From: Flavobacteriia bacterium
Lineage (GTDB): Bacteria > Bacteroidota > Bacteroidia > Flavobacteriales_D > Crocinitomicaceae
Length of the DNA stretch: 64,000 nt
Direction: 5' to 3'
NCBI GenBank assembly: GCA_046303515.1
Contig: JBKCGI010000086.1
Location: 2,679-66,678, forward strand
Positions within the stretch are counted from its first letter, which is position 1. Each line of letters begins with the position of its first letter. The notes beneath the pieces are model-generated. The model was not told the DNA's origin and searched no databases. It saw only the letters and a list, made by a program, of their open reading frames with translations. The position numbers and the translations under genes were made by a program. This document shows positions 17,821-28,261 of the stretch, in pieces.

Positions 17821-19617
17821 ATGAAGAATATACGTAATTTTTGCATCATTGCACACATTGACCACGGAAAAAGTACACTTGCTGACCGTTTGTTACAAAC
17901 CACAGGAACAATTTCTGACCGCGAAATGCAAAATCAGGCGCTTGACGATATGGATTTGGAGCGTGAACGTGGGATTACGATAAAAAGTCATGCGATTCAA
18001 ATGAGTTATAAGCATGAAGGTCAAGATTATATTTTAAATTTAATTGACACTCCGGGACACGTAGATTTTTCTTACGAGGTTTCTCGTTCAATTGCGGCCT
18101 GTGAAGGTGCCTTATTAATCGTGGATGCTTCTCAAGGGATTGAAGCTCAAACCATTTCGAATTTATATTTGGCAATGGAACACGATTTGGAAATCATTCC
18201 AATCTTAAACAAAATGGACCTCCCGGGAGCTATGCCTGAGGAAGTTTCCGATCAAATTATAGAATTATTAGGTTGTGATATGGAAGACATCATCCAAGCG
18301 TCTGGTAAAACAGGTTTGGGAGTTGACAAAATATTAGATGCGGTAATCAATCGTATTCCTGCACCAAAAGGTGACGAAAACGCTCCACTTCAAGCGATGA
18401 TTTTTGATTCTGTTTTCAATTCTTTTAGAGGGATTATAGCTTATTACAGAATTCGAAATGGAGCAATTAAAAAAGGTGATAAAGTTCAATTTTTTAATAC
18501 AGGTAAAACATACAACGCAGACGAAGTTGGAATTTTGAAAATGGATCTAAGTCCTAGAAATGAAGTTCGCGCTGGAGATGTTGGATATATTATTTCTGGA
18601 ATAAAAACAGCAAAAGAAGTAAAAGTTGGAGATACAATTACTTTGGCAAATAATCCTTGTGAAACTGCAATCAAAGGTTTTGAAGATGTAAAACCAATGG
18701 TATTTGCTGGAATTTATCCCGTTGAAACCGATGAATACGAAGAATTGCGTTATTCCATGGAAAAATTGCAGTTAAATGATTCTTCTTTGGTTTTTGAACC
18801 GGAATCTTCTGCGGCTTTAGGTTTTGGTTTCCGTTGTGGATTCTTAGGAATGTTACACATGGAAATCATCCAAGAACGATTGGAGCGTGAATTCAACATG
18901 ACTGTTATTACAACGGTTCCTAACGTGTCGTATTTCTGCTACATGCGTAAGGACCCAAATAAAGCAATTACTGTAAATAATCCTTCTGAATTACCAGACC
19001 CAGCTGCAATCGAAAGAATCGAAGAACCTTATATCAAAGCACAAGTAATTACAAAATCAGAATACGTAGGTTCAATCATGAGTTTATGTATTGAAAAGCG
19101 TGGTGAATTGCGTAACCAAGTTTATTTGACGCAAGATAGAGTTGAAATTTCTTTTGAAATGCCCTTAGCTGAGATTGTATTTGACTTTTACGACAGATTA
19201 AAATCAGTTTCAAGAGGTTATGCTTCTTTTGACTACCATCCAATTGGCTACAAAACATCCGATTTGATTCGTATGGACATGTTGTTGAATGGCGAACAAT
19301 TGGATGCACTTTCTGCTTTGGTACATAGAAGTAATGCGTATGAATTAGGTAAAAAAATCTGTTCCAAATTGAAAGAACTGATACCTAGACAACAATTCGA
19401 AATTCCAATACAAGCAGCGATTGGTGCAAAAATCATTGCCCGTGAAACGATTAAAGCTTTAAGAAAAGATGTAACTGCGAAATGTTACGGTGGAGATATT
19501 TCTCGTAAACGTAAATTACTTGAAAAACAAAAAGAAGGTAAGAAACGTATGCGCCAAATTGGACGTGTAGAGGTTCCACAAGAAGCATTTATGGCGGTTT
19601 TGAAGTTGAATGATTAA
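17821..19617 (+). CDS. lepA: translation elongation factor 4
   Basis: 598 aa. GTPase motifs [14 protein letters not shown] and NKMD, plus a LepA-type C-terminal domain. Confidence 0.95.
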   Translation: MKNIRNFCIIAHIDHGKSTLADRLLQTTGTISDREMQNQALDDMDLERERGITIKSHAIQMSYKHEGQDYILNLIDTPGHVDFSYEVSRSIAACEGALLIVDASQGIEAQTISNLYLAMEHDLEIIPILNKMDLPGAMPEEVSDQIIELLGCDMEDIIQASGKTGLGVDKILDAVINRIPAPKGDENAPLQAMIFDSVFNSFRGIIAYYRIRNGAIKKGDKVQFFNTGKTYNADEVGILKMDLSPRNEVRAGDVGYIISGIKTAKEVKVGDTITLANNPCETAIKGFEDVKPMVFAGIYPVETDEYEELRYSMEKLQLNDSSLVFEPESSAALGFGFRCGFLGMLHMEIIQERLEREFNMTVITTVPNVSYFCYMRKDPNKAITVNNPSELPDPAAIERIEEPYIKAQVITKSEYVGSIMSLCIEKRGELRNQVYLTQDRVEISFEMPLAEIVFDFYDRLKSVSRGYASFDYHPIGYKTSDLIRMDMLLNGEQLDALSALVHRSNAYELGKKICSKLKELIPRQQFEIPIQAAIGAKIIARETIKALRKDVTAKCYGGDISRKRKLLEKQKEGKKRMRQIGRVEVPQEAFMAVLKLND

Positions 19618-19678
19618 TTAGTTGATTTTGGTTATTAGCTAATTAGCAAATGATTCTTTGATTCTACAATTTTTGAAA

Positions 19679-20224
19679 ATGAAATTAATCTGTACTTCTA
19701 GTTTTATTTTTTTACTATTTTTTGTTGGTTTCTCGCAAAAACTAGATTCCATTTCAAATGGAAAAGGACATTTTTTTGAGAATTTGCACCGTATCAACGA
19801 TTCCATGTTTCGTTCGGAGCAACCAAGTAAAATTGGGATTCTGGAAATTCAAAAATTGGGCGTAAAATCCGTTTTAAGTTTAAGAAATGTAAAAAGCGAC
19901 CGTTTTATCAAGCGCAATTCCTCGCTGAAGTTTTATAAGAAAACAATCAATGCATGGACCATGACGGAAGATGAGTTAATTGAAGCTTTAAAATTACTTC
20001 GGGATGCTGAAAAACCTGTTCTAATTCATTGTGTGCACGGATCAGACCGCACAGGAACAATTGTCGCCGCTTTTCGAATAGTATTTGAACACTGGAGCAA
20101 GGAAAAAGCCATTCAAGAAATGTTGGAAACACAATATGGTTTTCATGCTAATTTTGACAACCTCATCACTTTGTTACAGAAATTGGATGTTGAACGAGTT
20201 AAAACAGAATTGAAATTGATATGA
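19679..20224 (+). CDS. secreted dual-specificity/tyrosine phosphatase-like protein
   Basis: ATG 19679 (track start 19658 is TTG). Signal peptide and the CX5R P-loop HCVHGSDRTG. Confidence 0.7.
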   Translation: MKLICTSSFIFLLFFVGFSQKLDSISNGKGHFFENLHRINDSMFRSEQPSKIGILEIQKLGVKSVLSLRNVKSDRFIKRNSSLKFYKKTINAWTMTEDELIEALKLLRDAEKPVLIHCVHGSDRTGTIVAAFRIVFEHWSKEKAIQEMLETQYGFHANFDNLITLLQKLDVERVKTELKLI

Positions 20225-21162
20225 AAATCCTCTTTCTAGATACCGTCCACGAAATTTTAGAAAAACGTCTTACCGAAAAAGGACTAACCTGTATTAATGG
20301 TACAAAATTGTCTTTGGAAGAAACAAAAAAACAACTTTCAGAAATTGATGGGATTGTTATCCGAGCACGATTTACTTTAGACGAAGATGTTTTAAAACAC
20401 GCTCCAAAACTGAAATTCATAGCTCGTTCTGGTGCCGGAATGGAAAACATCGATATTGCCTATTGCGAATCTAGAGGAATTCAATTATTCAATGCTCCAG
20501 AAGGAAATCGAAATGCAGTCGGTGAGCATGCATTAGGAATGTTACTTTCTTTGATGAATAAAATTCATACTGCAAATCGAGACGTTAAAAAAGGATTATG
20601 GGAACGAGAATTTAATCGTGGAATTGAACTAGATGGAAAAACAGTGGGAATCATTGGCCTAGGAAATAATGGTTCAGCATTTGCCAAAAAACTCAAAGGT
20701 TTTGATGTCGAAATTTTAGCGTATGATAAATATAAAACAGGATTTTCAGGCGAACAAATCAAGGAATCAAGCTTAGAAGAAATTTTTGAAAAAGCTGATG
20801 TAATTAGTTTTCACATTCCCCAAAACGAAGAAACAATTTATTTTGCGAATGATAAATTCTTTGAATCACTTCAAAAACCAATATACTTACTGAATCTTTC
20901 ACGAGGTAAAATCGTTGAAACTAAAGCACTTTTAAACGCGCTTAATTCAGGAAAAGTATTGGGTGCAGCTTTGGATGTTTTGGAATACGAAAAATCAAGT
21001 TTTGAAAATATGTTTGATGGTTCTTTACCGAAAGAATTTACAGAATTAGTTCAATCTGAAAAAGTGCTATTAACTCCACATGTGGGAGGTTGGACACATG
21101 AAAGTTACTTTAAATTAAGTGATGTTTTGGCAGACAAAATCATCTCTTACTTTTCCCTTTAA
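20221..21162 (+). CDS. D-isomer-specific 2-hydroxyacid dehydrogenase (phosphoglycerate-dehydrogenase-like)
   Basis: 313 aa with the Rossmann loop GIIGLGNNGSAFAKKL and LTPHVGGWT. ATGA overlap with the upstream gene. Confidence 0.8.
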   Translation: MKILFLDTVHEILEKRLTEKGLTCINGTKLSLEETKKQLSEIDGIVIRARFTLDEDVLKHAPKLKFIARSGAGMENIDIAYCESRGIQLFNAPEGNRNAVGEHALGMLLSLMNKIHTANRDVKKGLWEREFNRGIELDGKTVGIIGLGNNGSAFAKKLKGFDVEILAYDKYKTGFSGEQIKESSLEEIFEKADVISFHIPQNEETIYFANDKFFESLQKPIYLLNLSRGKIVETKALLNALNSGKVLGAALDVLEYEKSSFENMFDGSLPKEFTELVQSEKVLLTPHVGGWTHESYFKLSDVLADKIISYFSL

Positions 21163-22340
21163 AATTCAGGAATTAAAGGCTTTTTCTGCTTAAAGAATAA
21201 ATAATCTTTAAATTTAACTAGTCTCAAACCAGGGAAATAGTAAAGTGAAATTTGCTGAAAACTGAAGCCATATTTGGCCATTTTCATTGCACCTTCTTGA
21301 CACAATCCCACTCCATGGCCAAAGCCTTTACCACGAATCACAACCTCCAAACCTTCAGGGTAACAGCTAAAATAAGTAGATTTCAACTCAAATTCTTGTC
21401 GAATATCTCTTAATGGAATTCCTAAAATTGGATTGTGATAAAAAGCAATTCTATCCGGTTGATTAAATGTAAACAGCATTGGACCGTAAACTGTATCATA
21501 CAGAGGATAATTATATTTATTAACCAAAAAATCAGCCCACTTCTGTTGCGGAATTCTCTTTTCCCAAGTAGCTTGTTTGGTGTATATACAAAACGTATCT
21601 TTAAAGGTTTTTAAATAAGGAATGTCATTGTTCCAAACTTGAGATGCTTCACTTGTTTGTCCGCCACAATTTGCATGAAAGTAGGTCCCAGCAATTGCAT
21701 TGTGATCATCAATTAAAATTAAATCTTCTGTAGCTTTCACGGCTTCTCTAATTTTAGGGGTAAATCGCAACATGGAATGATATGCCTGACAATGCACTCT
21801 GTCACAAACTGAAAAGCCTTCCTCTTTATGTCTAGATAAACTTTTTAAAACAAATGTTCGACACATTATTGCTTGAACTTTGTAATATTCGAGTTCTTTC
21901 CCCCCTCCACCTTCAGACTCCACTACTCCTGAAAGATAATTTTCCATATCAACAAGATTAACAATCGTTAAACCTTTTAATCCAGATGTAATTTCAAAAT
22001 CATTTTGGTATTTTCTTTCCTTCACAACAGGTGATTTTGAAGTAAGCGTAATTGAACTCGAAGGAATAGTTTCAACTAAAGAAATTTTATCAAATTCCCC
22101 CAGCAATTCAACACCTTTTTTGAGTTGTACTTTTTCGTTAGCTAAAAAATTAAGTTCAACAAATTCGTTAGGTAAAATTGCTCCAAAATCAAGGGTGTCT
22201 CCATAAATGAGATAACTTCCATCGTTATATGAAAACAATATTTTTTGCACTTCATAATCCCTCAAAACACCAACACGTAGCTGTTGTGCCGAAAAACTTC
22301 CGAAAAGCAAAACTAATATTGAGAAAATGATAAATTTCAC
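21159..22340 (-). CDS. SpoIID/LytB domain-containing protein
   Basis: 393 aa with a signal peptide, YFHANCGGQTS and GHGVGLCQEGA motifs. GTG start. Confidence 0.8.
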   Translation of the reverse strand: MKFIIFSILVLLFGSFSAQQLRVGVLRDYEVQKILFSYNDGSYLIYGDTLDFGAILPNEFVELNFLANEKVQLKKGVELLGEFDKISLVETIPSSSITLTSKSPVVKERKYQNDFEITSGLKGLTIVNLVDMENYLSGVVESEGGGGKELEYYKVQAIMCRTFVLKSLSRHKEEGFSVCDRVHCQAYHSMLRFTPKIREAVKATEDLILIDDHNAIAGTYFHANCGGQTSEASQVWNNDIPYLKTFKDTFCIYTKQATWEKRIPQQKWADFLVNKYNYPLYDTVYGPMLFTFNQPDRIAFYHNPILGIPLRDIRQEFELKSTYFSCYPEGLEVVIRGKGFGHGVGLCQEGAMKMAKYGFSFQQISLYYFPGLRLVKFKDYLFFKQKKPLIPEF

Positions 22341-22382
22341 AGTGCAAAAATAAAGCTCAAAAAAATTGAATCGAACTTATGT

Positions 22383-23519
22383 TCAAATAGTTTTCAACAA
22401 GGATTGTGCAACTTTTTTACTTGCGCCACCTGAACCTAACTTTTCTTTGAGTAATTTATACTCAGATAAAACTTTTTCTCGTTTATCTCCGCCCTTAATC
22501 AACTGATTTAGTTCTTGTTGTATTGCTTGAGAATTACATTCGTGCTGAATCAATTCTTTTACAACTTCTTTGTCCATTATTAAATTTACCAAAGAAATAA
22601 ATTTAATTTTTATTAATTTTTTGGCAATACTGTATGAAATGGGTGAAGCTTTATAACAAACTACCTCAGGGATTTCAAACAAAGCCGTTTCTAAAGTCGC
22701 CGTTCCAGATGTTACAATTGCTGCCTCAGAAATTGACAAAATATCATAGGTTTTACCGTGAATGATTTTTACATTTGAACTTTCAAAAAAAGGTTTGTAA
22801 AAATCGACATCCAAAGAAGGAGCCCCAGCAACAATGATTTCAAATTGATCAAATCCTTTCACCGCCTGCAACATCACTGGCAATTTTGCTTTAATTTCCT
22901 GTTTTCTACTTCCAGGTAAAACAGCAATAATTGGTTTTGAACCTAAATTATTTAGCCTTCTAAATTCCTCTTCATTAAATTGATTTTCTTTATACTGATC
23001 AATTGCATCTAACAAGGGGTGTCCAACAAATTCCACCTCATAATTGAATTTTTGATAGAATTCCTTTTCAAATGGAAGAATGACAAACATATGGTCCACA
23101 AAGCGTTTAATTTTATGTACACGAGATTGTTTCCAGGCCCAAACTTGTGGAGAAATGTAGTAATAAACCTTTATTCCTTGACTTTTAGCCCATTCAGCGA
23201 TACGCAAATTAAACCCAGGATAATCAATCAATACAATTGCATCAGGTTTAAATTCTTGGATGTCTTTTTTGCAAAATTTAATATTGTTGAGAATTGTCTT
23301 AATATTCATTAAAACTTCCACAAAACCCATAAAAGCTAATTCTTTTATGTGCTTTACAGGTTTTCCAATTTCTTTTTGCATTAAATCACCTCCCCAAAAA
23401 CGAAATTCTAGGTTTTCAGATTCTGACTTCAAAGCTTTAACTAGATTTGCACCGTGTAAATCTCCAGAAGCTTCTCCAGCAATAATGTAGATTTTTTTCG
23501 CTTTAGAATTGGAATTCAT
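22383..23519 (-). CDS. lpxB: lipid-A-disaccharide synthase
   Basis: 378 aa. N-terminal IYIIAGEASGDLHGANL and a GT19-like layout. Confidence 0.9.
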   Translation of the reverse strand: MNSNSKAKKIYIIAGEASGDLHGANLVKALKSESENLEFRFWGGDLMQKEIGKPVKHIKELAFMGFVEVLMNIKTILNNIKFCKKDIQEFKPDAIVLIDYPGFNLRIAEWAKSQGIKVYYYISPQVWAWKQSRVHKIKRFVDHMFVILPFEKEFYQKFNYEVEFVGHPLLDAIDQYKENQFNEEEFRRLNNLGSKPIIAVLPGSRKQEIKAKLPVMLQAVKGFDQFEIIVAGAPSLDVDFYKPFFESSNVKIIHGKTYDILSISEAAIVTSGTATLETALFEIPEVVCYKASPISYSIAKKLIKIKFISLVNLIMDKEVVKELIQHECNSQAIQQELNQLIKGGDKREKVLSEYKLLKEKLGSGGASKKVAQSLLKTI

Positions 23520-23827
23520 TAAGCTAAAAATTTAAAATAAACAATTACAAAAAGAAATAAAATAGTTGCTCCAATCACACCATAAGCGTAATTCCACTTT
23601 TCTTTTCTTAAAAATGTATGAAACCAAATTAAATTAGATATACAAGCTAAAGAAATAATTCTTGTTTTCTCAGCATTACTGATTTTAAATTTCAACCACA
23701 TGGTATAAAATTCTCTATTATCTGTTTGACTTAGAACAAACAAAACAATCGGGATAAAAATTATAATAGTCGCTAATCCGATAAGCAAGCCAACTGTATG
23801 TTGTTTAGACCAATTTCTGAAATTCAT
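23519..23827 (-). CDS. small membrane protein
   Basis: 102 aa with about 3 hydrophobic helices. Its stop overlaps the lpxB ATG by 1 nt. Confidence 0.4.
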   Translation of the reverse strand: MNFRNWSKQHTVGLLIGLATIIIFIPIVLFVLSQTDNREFYTMWLKFKISNAEKTRIISLACISNLIWFHTFLRKEKWNYAYGVIGATILFLFVIVYFKFLA

Positions 23828-23868
23828 TTCACTTTTTTAGACCTCAAAATTAATGCTTTTTTATGACA

Positions 23869-24636
23869 CTAAAAACCCCAGGCATTTAATTCTCCAATTG
23901 CATGATATGCCGTCATATCAAATCTTACAGGAACAATACTTGCAAAACCTTCACTGAGTGCAAACAAATCCGTATCATTTCCTTTATCTTGATTCGAGAA
24001 CTCACCAGTTAACCAATAGTAGGGATTTCCATGTTGATCTGTTCTTTTATCAAAACGGTCTTCCCAAAAAGCATGTGCCGCTCTGCAAACCTTTAATCCT
24101 TTGAAATCTTTCTTGTCAATTTTAGGAATATTTACATTCAAGCAAACTCCATGCGGCATTTGATTTTTCAAGGCATGTTCAATCACTGTGGCAACAACTT
24201 CTTTAGCTAGAGAAAAATCTGCACTTGAACTTGGATCTGCAAGAGAGAAACCAATAGATGGAATATTTTCCATGGCGCCTTCTACCGCAGCAGACATAGT
24301 CCCGGAATACAAAACATTTGTACTCGTATTTTCACCGTGATTGATTCCCGAAAGTAATAAATCAGGTTTGCGTTTCATTAATTCATAAATTCCAATTTTC
24401 ACGCAATCTACTGGAGTACCCGTACAAGTGTAATTCTCAACCCCTTCAAAAATATCAGATTGGTTTAAACGTAAAACATTGTTAATTGTAATTGCATGTC
24501 CCATTCCAGACTGAGGTTTATCAGGAGCTATGACAACTACTTCTCCAAAATTAAGAGCTACCTCAACAAGACTTTTAATTCCTTTTGCGAAAATTCCATC
24601 GTCGTTTGTGATAAAAATTAATAGCTTTGATTTCAT
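23869..24636 (-). CDS. surE: 5'/3'-nucleotidase SurE
   Basis: 255 aa with ITNDDGI and SGINHGEN motifs. Confidence 0.9.
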   Translation of the reverse strand: MKSKLLIFITNDDGIFAKGIKSLVEVALNFGEVVVIAPDKPQSGMGHAITINNVLRLNQSDIFEGVENYTCTGTPVDCVKIGIYELMKRKPDLLLSGINHGENTSTNVLYSGTMSAAVEGAMENIPSIGFSLADPSSSADFSLAKEVVATVIEHALKNQMPHGVCLNVNIPKIDKKDFKGLKVCRAAHAFWEDRFDKRTDQHGNPYYWLTGEFSNQDKGNDTDLFALSEGFASIVPVRFDMTAYHAIGELNAWGF

Positions 24637-24706
24637 TTCACGAAAATAATCTAAAAATATCGACTTTATGTAAAAAATAGATCAATTTTAAGTTATTTTT
24701 TTTACT

Positions 24707-24714
24707 TACTTTTG
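24707..24714 (+). promoter_or_regulatory. -7 promoter box (TACTTTTG)
   Basis: Lies 18 nt upstream of the inferred TTG start at 24732. Confidence 0.35.
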
Positions 24715-24731
24715 CTATAAAAATAGAGGTT

Positions 24732-25967
24732 TTGCAAACAAACACAAATAATAAGAAAAAAATATTCAACGATCCGGTCTATGGATTTATTTCGATTCCC
24801 GATGAATTCATTTTTGATTTAATCGAGCATCCATATATGCAAAGACTACGCAGGATTTCTCAATTGGGCTTAACACACCTAGTATATCCAGGAGCGCTGC
24901 ACACTCGTTTTCATCATGTTTTGGGAGCAATGCATTTGATGACCCAAGCTGTTGCTACAATTCGAAGAAAAGGTCACGAAATCACCAAAGAAGAAGAAAG
25001 AGCTGTTTTGTGCGCAATTCTTTTACATGACATTGGACACGGTCCTTTTTCTCATGCCTTGGAATATGACATCGTAAATCACGTTAGTCACGAAGATATT
25101 TCTAGCTTTTTCATCCAAAAACTAAGTCAAGCATTTGGTGGAAAATTAGACTTAACTTTATTGATTTTTGAAAATAAATATTCTAAAAAACCATTCCTTT
25201 ATCAATTGGTTTCAAGTCAATTGGACATGGATAGAATGGATTACTTGAATCGAGATAGTTTTTTTACGGGTGTAGCAGAAGGGCAAATTGGTTCGGATAG
25301 AATTATTGAAATGCTGAATGTTCACAATGGAAACCTAGTCATCGAAGAAAAAGGAATTTATTCAATTGAAAAGTTTTTAGTTTCCAGACGCTTCATGTAT
25401 TGGCAAGTATATTTACACAAAACGGTTGTAGCAGCAGAATTTATGTTGATTCATATTTTACAACGAGCTAAAGTGCTGGTAAGTCGTGGTGAAAAATTAT
25501 TTGCCAGTCCATCCTTACAATATTTCTTAGAAAACGACATTACAACGGACGACTTCAAAAATAACCCGAAAGTTTTAGAAACCTTTGCTAAAATGGATGA
25601 TTTTGACATCACTTCAGCAGTAAAAGTATGGCAAGAGCATCCTGACAAGGTACTCTCGATCTTATCTACAAAACTAATTAACCGCAAATTATTTAAAGTT
25701 GTTGTTTCTAAATCAGAATTTTCAGAGGACCGATTAAATGTAGAAAGAGAACTCATTCGACACAAATACGATTTAACAGATGAGGAAGTTAAATATTTTG
25801 TTTATGCTGAAAAACTAACAAATAATGCCTATAATCAAAACAAGCAAAACATCAATTTACTGATGAAAAATGGTGAAGTTATAGATGTTTCAAAAGCTTC
25901 TGATAATTTGAATATTTCAGCGCTTGCAACACCAGTAGAAAAATATTGTTTGTGTTATCCAATTTAG
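24732..25967 (+). CDS. HD-domain metal-dependent phosphohydrolase
   Basis: 411 aa with HHVLGAMH and LLHDIGHGPFSH metal-ligand motifs. A TTG start is inferred because the conserved-looking N-terminus (IFNDPVYGFI) precedes any ATG. Confidence 0.8.
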   Translation: MQTNTNNKKKIFNDPVYGFISIPDEFIFDLIEHPYMQRLRRISQLGLTHLVYPGALHTRFHHVLGAMHLMTQAVATIRRKGHEITKEEERAVLCAILLHDIGHGPFSHALEYDIVNHVSHEDISSFFIQKLSQAFGGKLDLTLLIFENKYSKKPFLYQLVSSQLDMDRMDYLNRDSFFTGVAEGQIGSDRIIEMLNVHNGNLVIEEKGIYSIEKFLVSRRFMYWQVYLHKTVVAAEFMLIHILQRAKVLVSRGEKLFASPSLQYFLENDITTDDFKNNPKVLETFAKMDDFDITSAVKVWQEHPDKVLSILSTKLINRKLFKVVVSKSEFSEDRLNVERELIRHKYDLTDEEVKYFVYAEKLTNNAYNQNKQNINLLMKNGEVIDVSKASDNLNISALATPVEKYCLCYPI

Positions 25968-26165
25968 AATCATGATTTTATTATACGGATTTTTCCTTGC
26001 ATTGTTTTTAGGAATTATAAATGGCTATTATTGGTCCAAACAAGGATATAGAGGTTATACAATTTACGTCATGGGTACCATAGGATTTTTTGGCTTAATT
26101 TCAATGGTTTTAAAATTTATTAAGTCCTAATGTTTTAAAAATTCATTATCTTCGCAAAGTTCATT

Positions 26166-26924
26166 ATGAAAGCAATAAACGACCATATTTTCGCCATAAA
26201 ACTTGCCTTTGAAGAGTTAGGAAAGGGTAAATTTTGGCTCTATTTGATTCCAGCAGCAGCTATTGCGATTGCTTTTTGGTTTATAACAAGTTTTGTTTCT
26301 GGTATTTTTAGCTTCTTGGATAGCGCTACAGAAGTTCCACTAGTTGGAGATTATTTGGGCTCAGGTGTTAAGGCCACAAAAAGTTTCTTCTCCTACATCG
26401 GAGGCTTTTTTTACGAATTTGTTATTTTGACCATACTCTCCCCTGTATATTGTTTACTTTCTGAAAAAGTTGATAATACGGTCACAAACTCTAGTTTCGA
26501 TGGTGGTCTTGGCAGAATTATTACAGATTTATTTCGAGCGATTTTTGTTGTAATCATATCCTTGATTCTTTACATTATGGTCATTTCAATTTGGTGGTTT
26601 TTTGCTTGGATTACGGGATTTCACCTTTTGGATCAAATCATCTATTTTTTAATTGCTGCTTTTTTCTTAGGATTTTCATTTTATGATTATTCACTCGAAA
26701 GATACAATATTGGCACTTGGAAAAGTTGGATGTTTAGCTTTGACAATATTTTTTACATGGTAATTACTGGAGGCCTATTTCACCTAATTTTTCAGATTCC
26801 TATCGCTGGTATTTTATTTGCGCCTTTTATTATATCAATTGTGAGTACAATAGTATTTTTAAAAATGAACAAAAAATTACCATTAAATTCAAACATTTCA
26901 TCTAATACAGATTCAAATGAATAA
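26166..26924 (+). CDS. multi-pass membrane protein (EI24/CysZ-like by weak recollection)
   Basis: 252 aa with about 6 hydrophobic helices. 8-nt overlap with the next gene. Confidence 0.5.
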   Translation: MKAINDHIFAIKLAFEELGKGKFWLYLIPAAAIAIAFWFITSFVSGIFSFLDSATEVPLVGDYLGSGVKATKSFFSYIGGFFYEFVILTILSPVYCLLSEKVDNTVTNSSFDGGLGRIITDLFRAIFVVIISLILYIMVISIWWFFAWITGFHLLDQIIYFLIAAFFLGFSFYDYSLERYNIGTWKSWMFSFDNIFYMVITGGLFHLIFQIPIAGILFAPFIISIVSTIVFLKMNKKLPLNSNISSNTDSNE

Positions 26925-28260
26925 ATTATTCGAAGCTTTTCCTAAATCTACAAAAGAAGAATGGATTCAAGTGCTTACAAAAGAATTAAAAGGTGCTGAT
27001 TTTGAATCTTCACTCATTAAATTTGAAGAACTTGAAGATATCAAATACCCTTCATTTTTTCATCAAGTTGATAGTTCAATCGAAAAAGAACTTCCTGGTG
27101 TTTTTCCTTTCAAAAGAGCTTTTTCTGCTGAACAAAACGATTGGTCCATTGTGGGAGAAGTTGAAGTTGCAGATGAAAAAAAGGCAAATCAAAAAGCCTT
27201 GGATTTATTGATGAAAGGAAATACAGCCTTACATTTCGACTTTTCTAAAAGTCAATGCGATTTAAACATTCTCTTTTCTGGAATCGAATTTGAATACATT
27301 AAAACATATATATCAAGTTCTGATTTAAAGGTATTTGAGGAAATTAAAACTTATTTCCAAGACAAAAATTGTGGCGAACTTTTCTTAAACTACAATCCTA
27401 TAGCAGAACGTAATGAGTTACGTAGTGATGACCTAATTGAATTTTCGTCAATTGGAATAACACATAAATTTGAAATTGATGCTTATTCTACTCAACAAAG
27501 TGGAGCAAATTGCTCGCAAGAAATCGCCTTTGCATTGAGTTTAGGACATGGCTATTTACATAAGCAACTTGAATTAGGTAAAAATATTGATGAAGCTATT
27601 GCAAACATTCATTTTACCTTTGGTGTTGGGGCAAATTATTTATTCGAGCTTGCCAAATTGAGAGCTTTTAGACTATTGTGGACAAAAATTGCAAGCTCAT
27701 ACAATGCGTCAAATAAAGCTTATGAAGCTGTTCAAATCACATCCAAAATTGGCTTCTTAAATAAATCCTTGCAAGATCCTTATACAAATCTTTTGCGTCA
27801 AACAACAGAGGTTATGTCTGCTGTTTTAGGTGGTGCGAATAACATCATCAATCAAGCGTATGACAAAAACTCAACTGCTGGTTCAAGTGAGATTGCAGAA
27901 CGTATGGCGACAAATATTTCTTTAATCTTAAAAGAAGAATCCTATTTAGAGAAGGTTTTGGATGCAGTTGGCGGAAGTTATGCCATTGAATCTTTGACAG
28001 AAAATTTGGCTGACAAAGCTTGGTCTCTCTTTCAAGAAACAGAAGTTTCAGGAAATATGAATTCATTGATTGAACAAATCAAAAAGACAGCTTCAAAAAG
28101 AATTGACTTATACCGCGAAAAGAAAAAAACCTTAATCGGAATAACAAAATTCCCTAATCCAGAAAAAAGTAATTTAAGCTGGAAAAATAATGAAAACAGC
28201 TATTTCGGCTTGAAACAAATTGTCATCGAAGAAGAAGTAAAATCTTTAATTCCAAGTTAA
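26917..28260 (+). CDS. mutA: methylmalonyl-CoA mutase small subunit
   Basis: 447 aa. Mutase-like barrel region without a B12-binding DxHxxG. Sits directly upstream of the large subunit. Confidence 0.75.
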   Translation: MNKLFEAFPKSTKEEWIQVLTKELKGADFESSLIKFEELEDIKYPSFFHQVDSSIEKELPGVFPFKRAFSAEQNDWSIVGEVEVADEKKANQKALDLLMKGNTALHFDFSKSQCDLNILFSGIEFEYIKTYISSSDLKVFEEIKTYFQDKNCGELFLNYNPIAERNELRSDDLIEFSSIGITHKFEIDAYSTQQSGANCSQEIAFALSLGHGYLHKQLELGKNIDEAIANIHFTFGVGANYLFELAKLRAFRLLWTKIASSYNASNKAYEAVQITSKIGFLNKSLQDPYTNLLRQTTEVMSAVLGGANNIINQAYDKNSTAGSSEIAERMATNISLILKEESYLEKVLDAVGGSYAIESLTENLADKAWSLFQETEVSGNMNSLIEQIKKTASKRIDLYREKKKTLIGITKFPNPEKSNLSWKNNENSYFGLKQIVIEEEVKSLIPS

Positions 28261-28261
28261 A

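Noticed and set aside
19638-19647. Perfect 10-nt palindrome GCTAATTAGC after lepA as a terminator or operator
   Set aside because: It is too short and A/T-rich, has no T-run, and is easily explained by chance.
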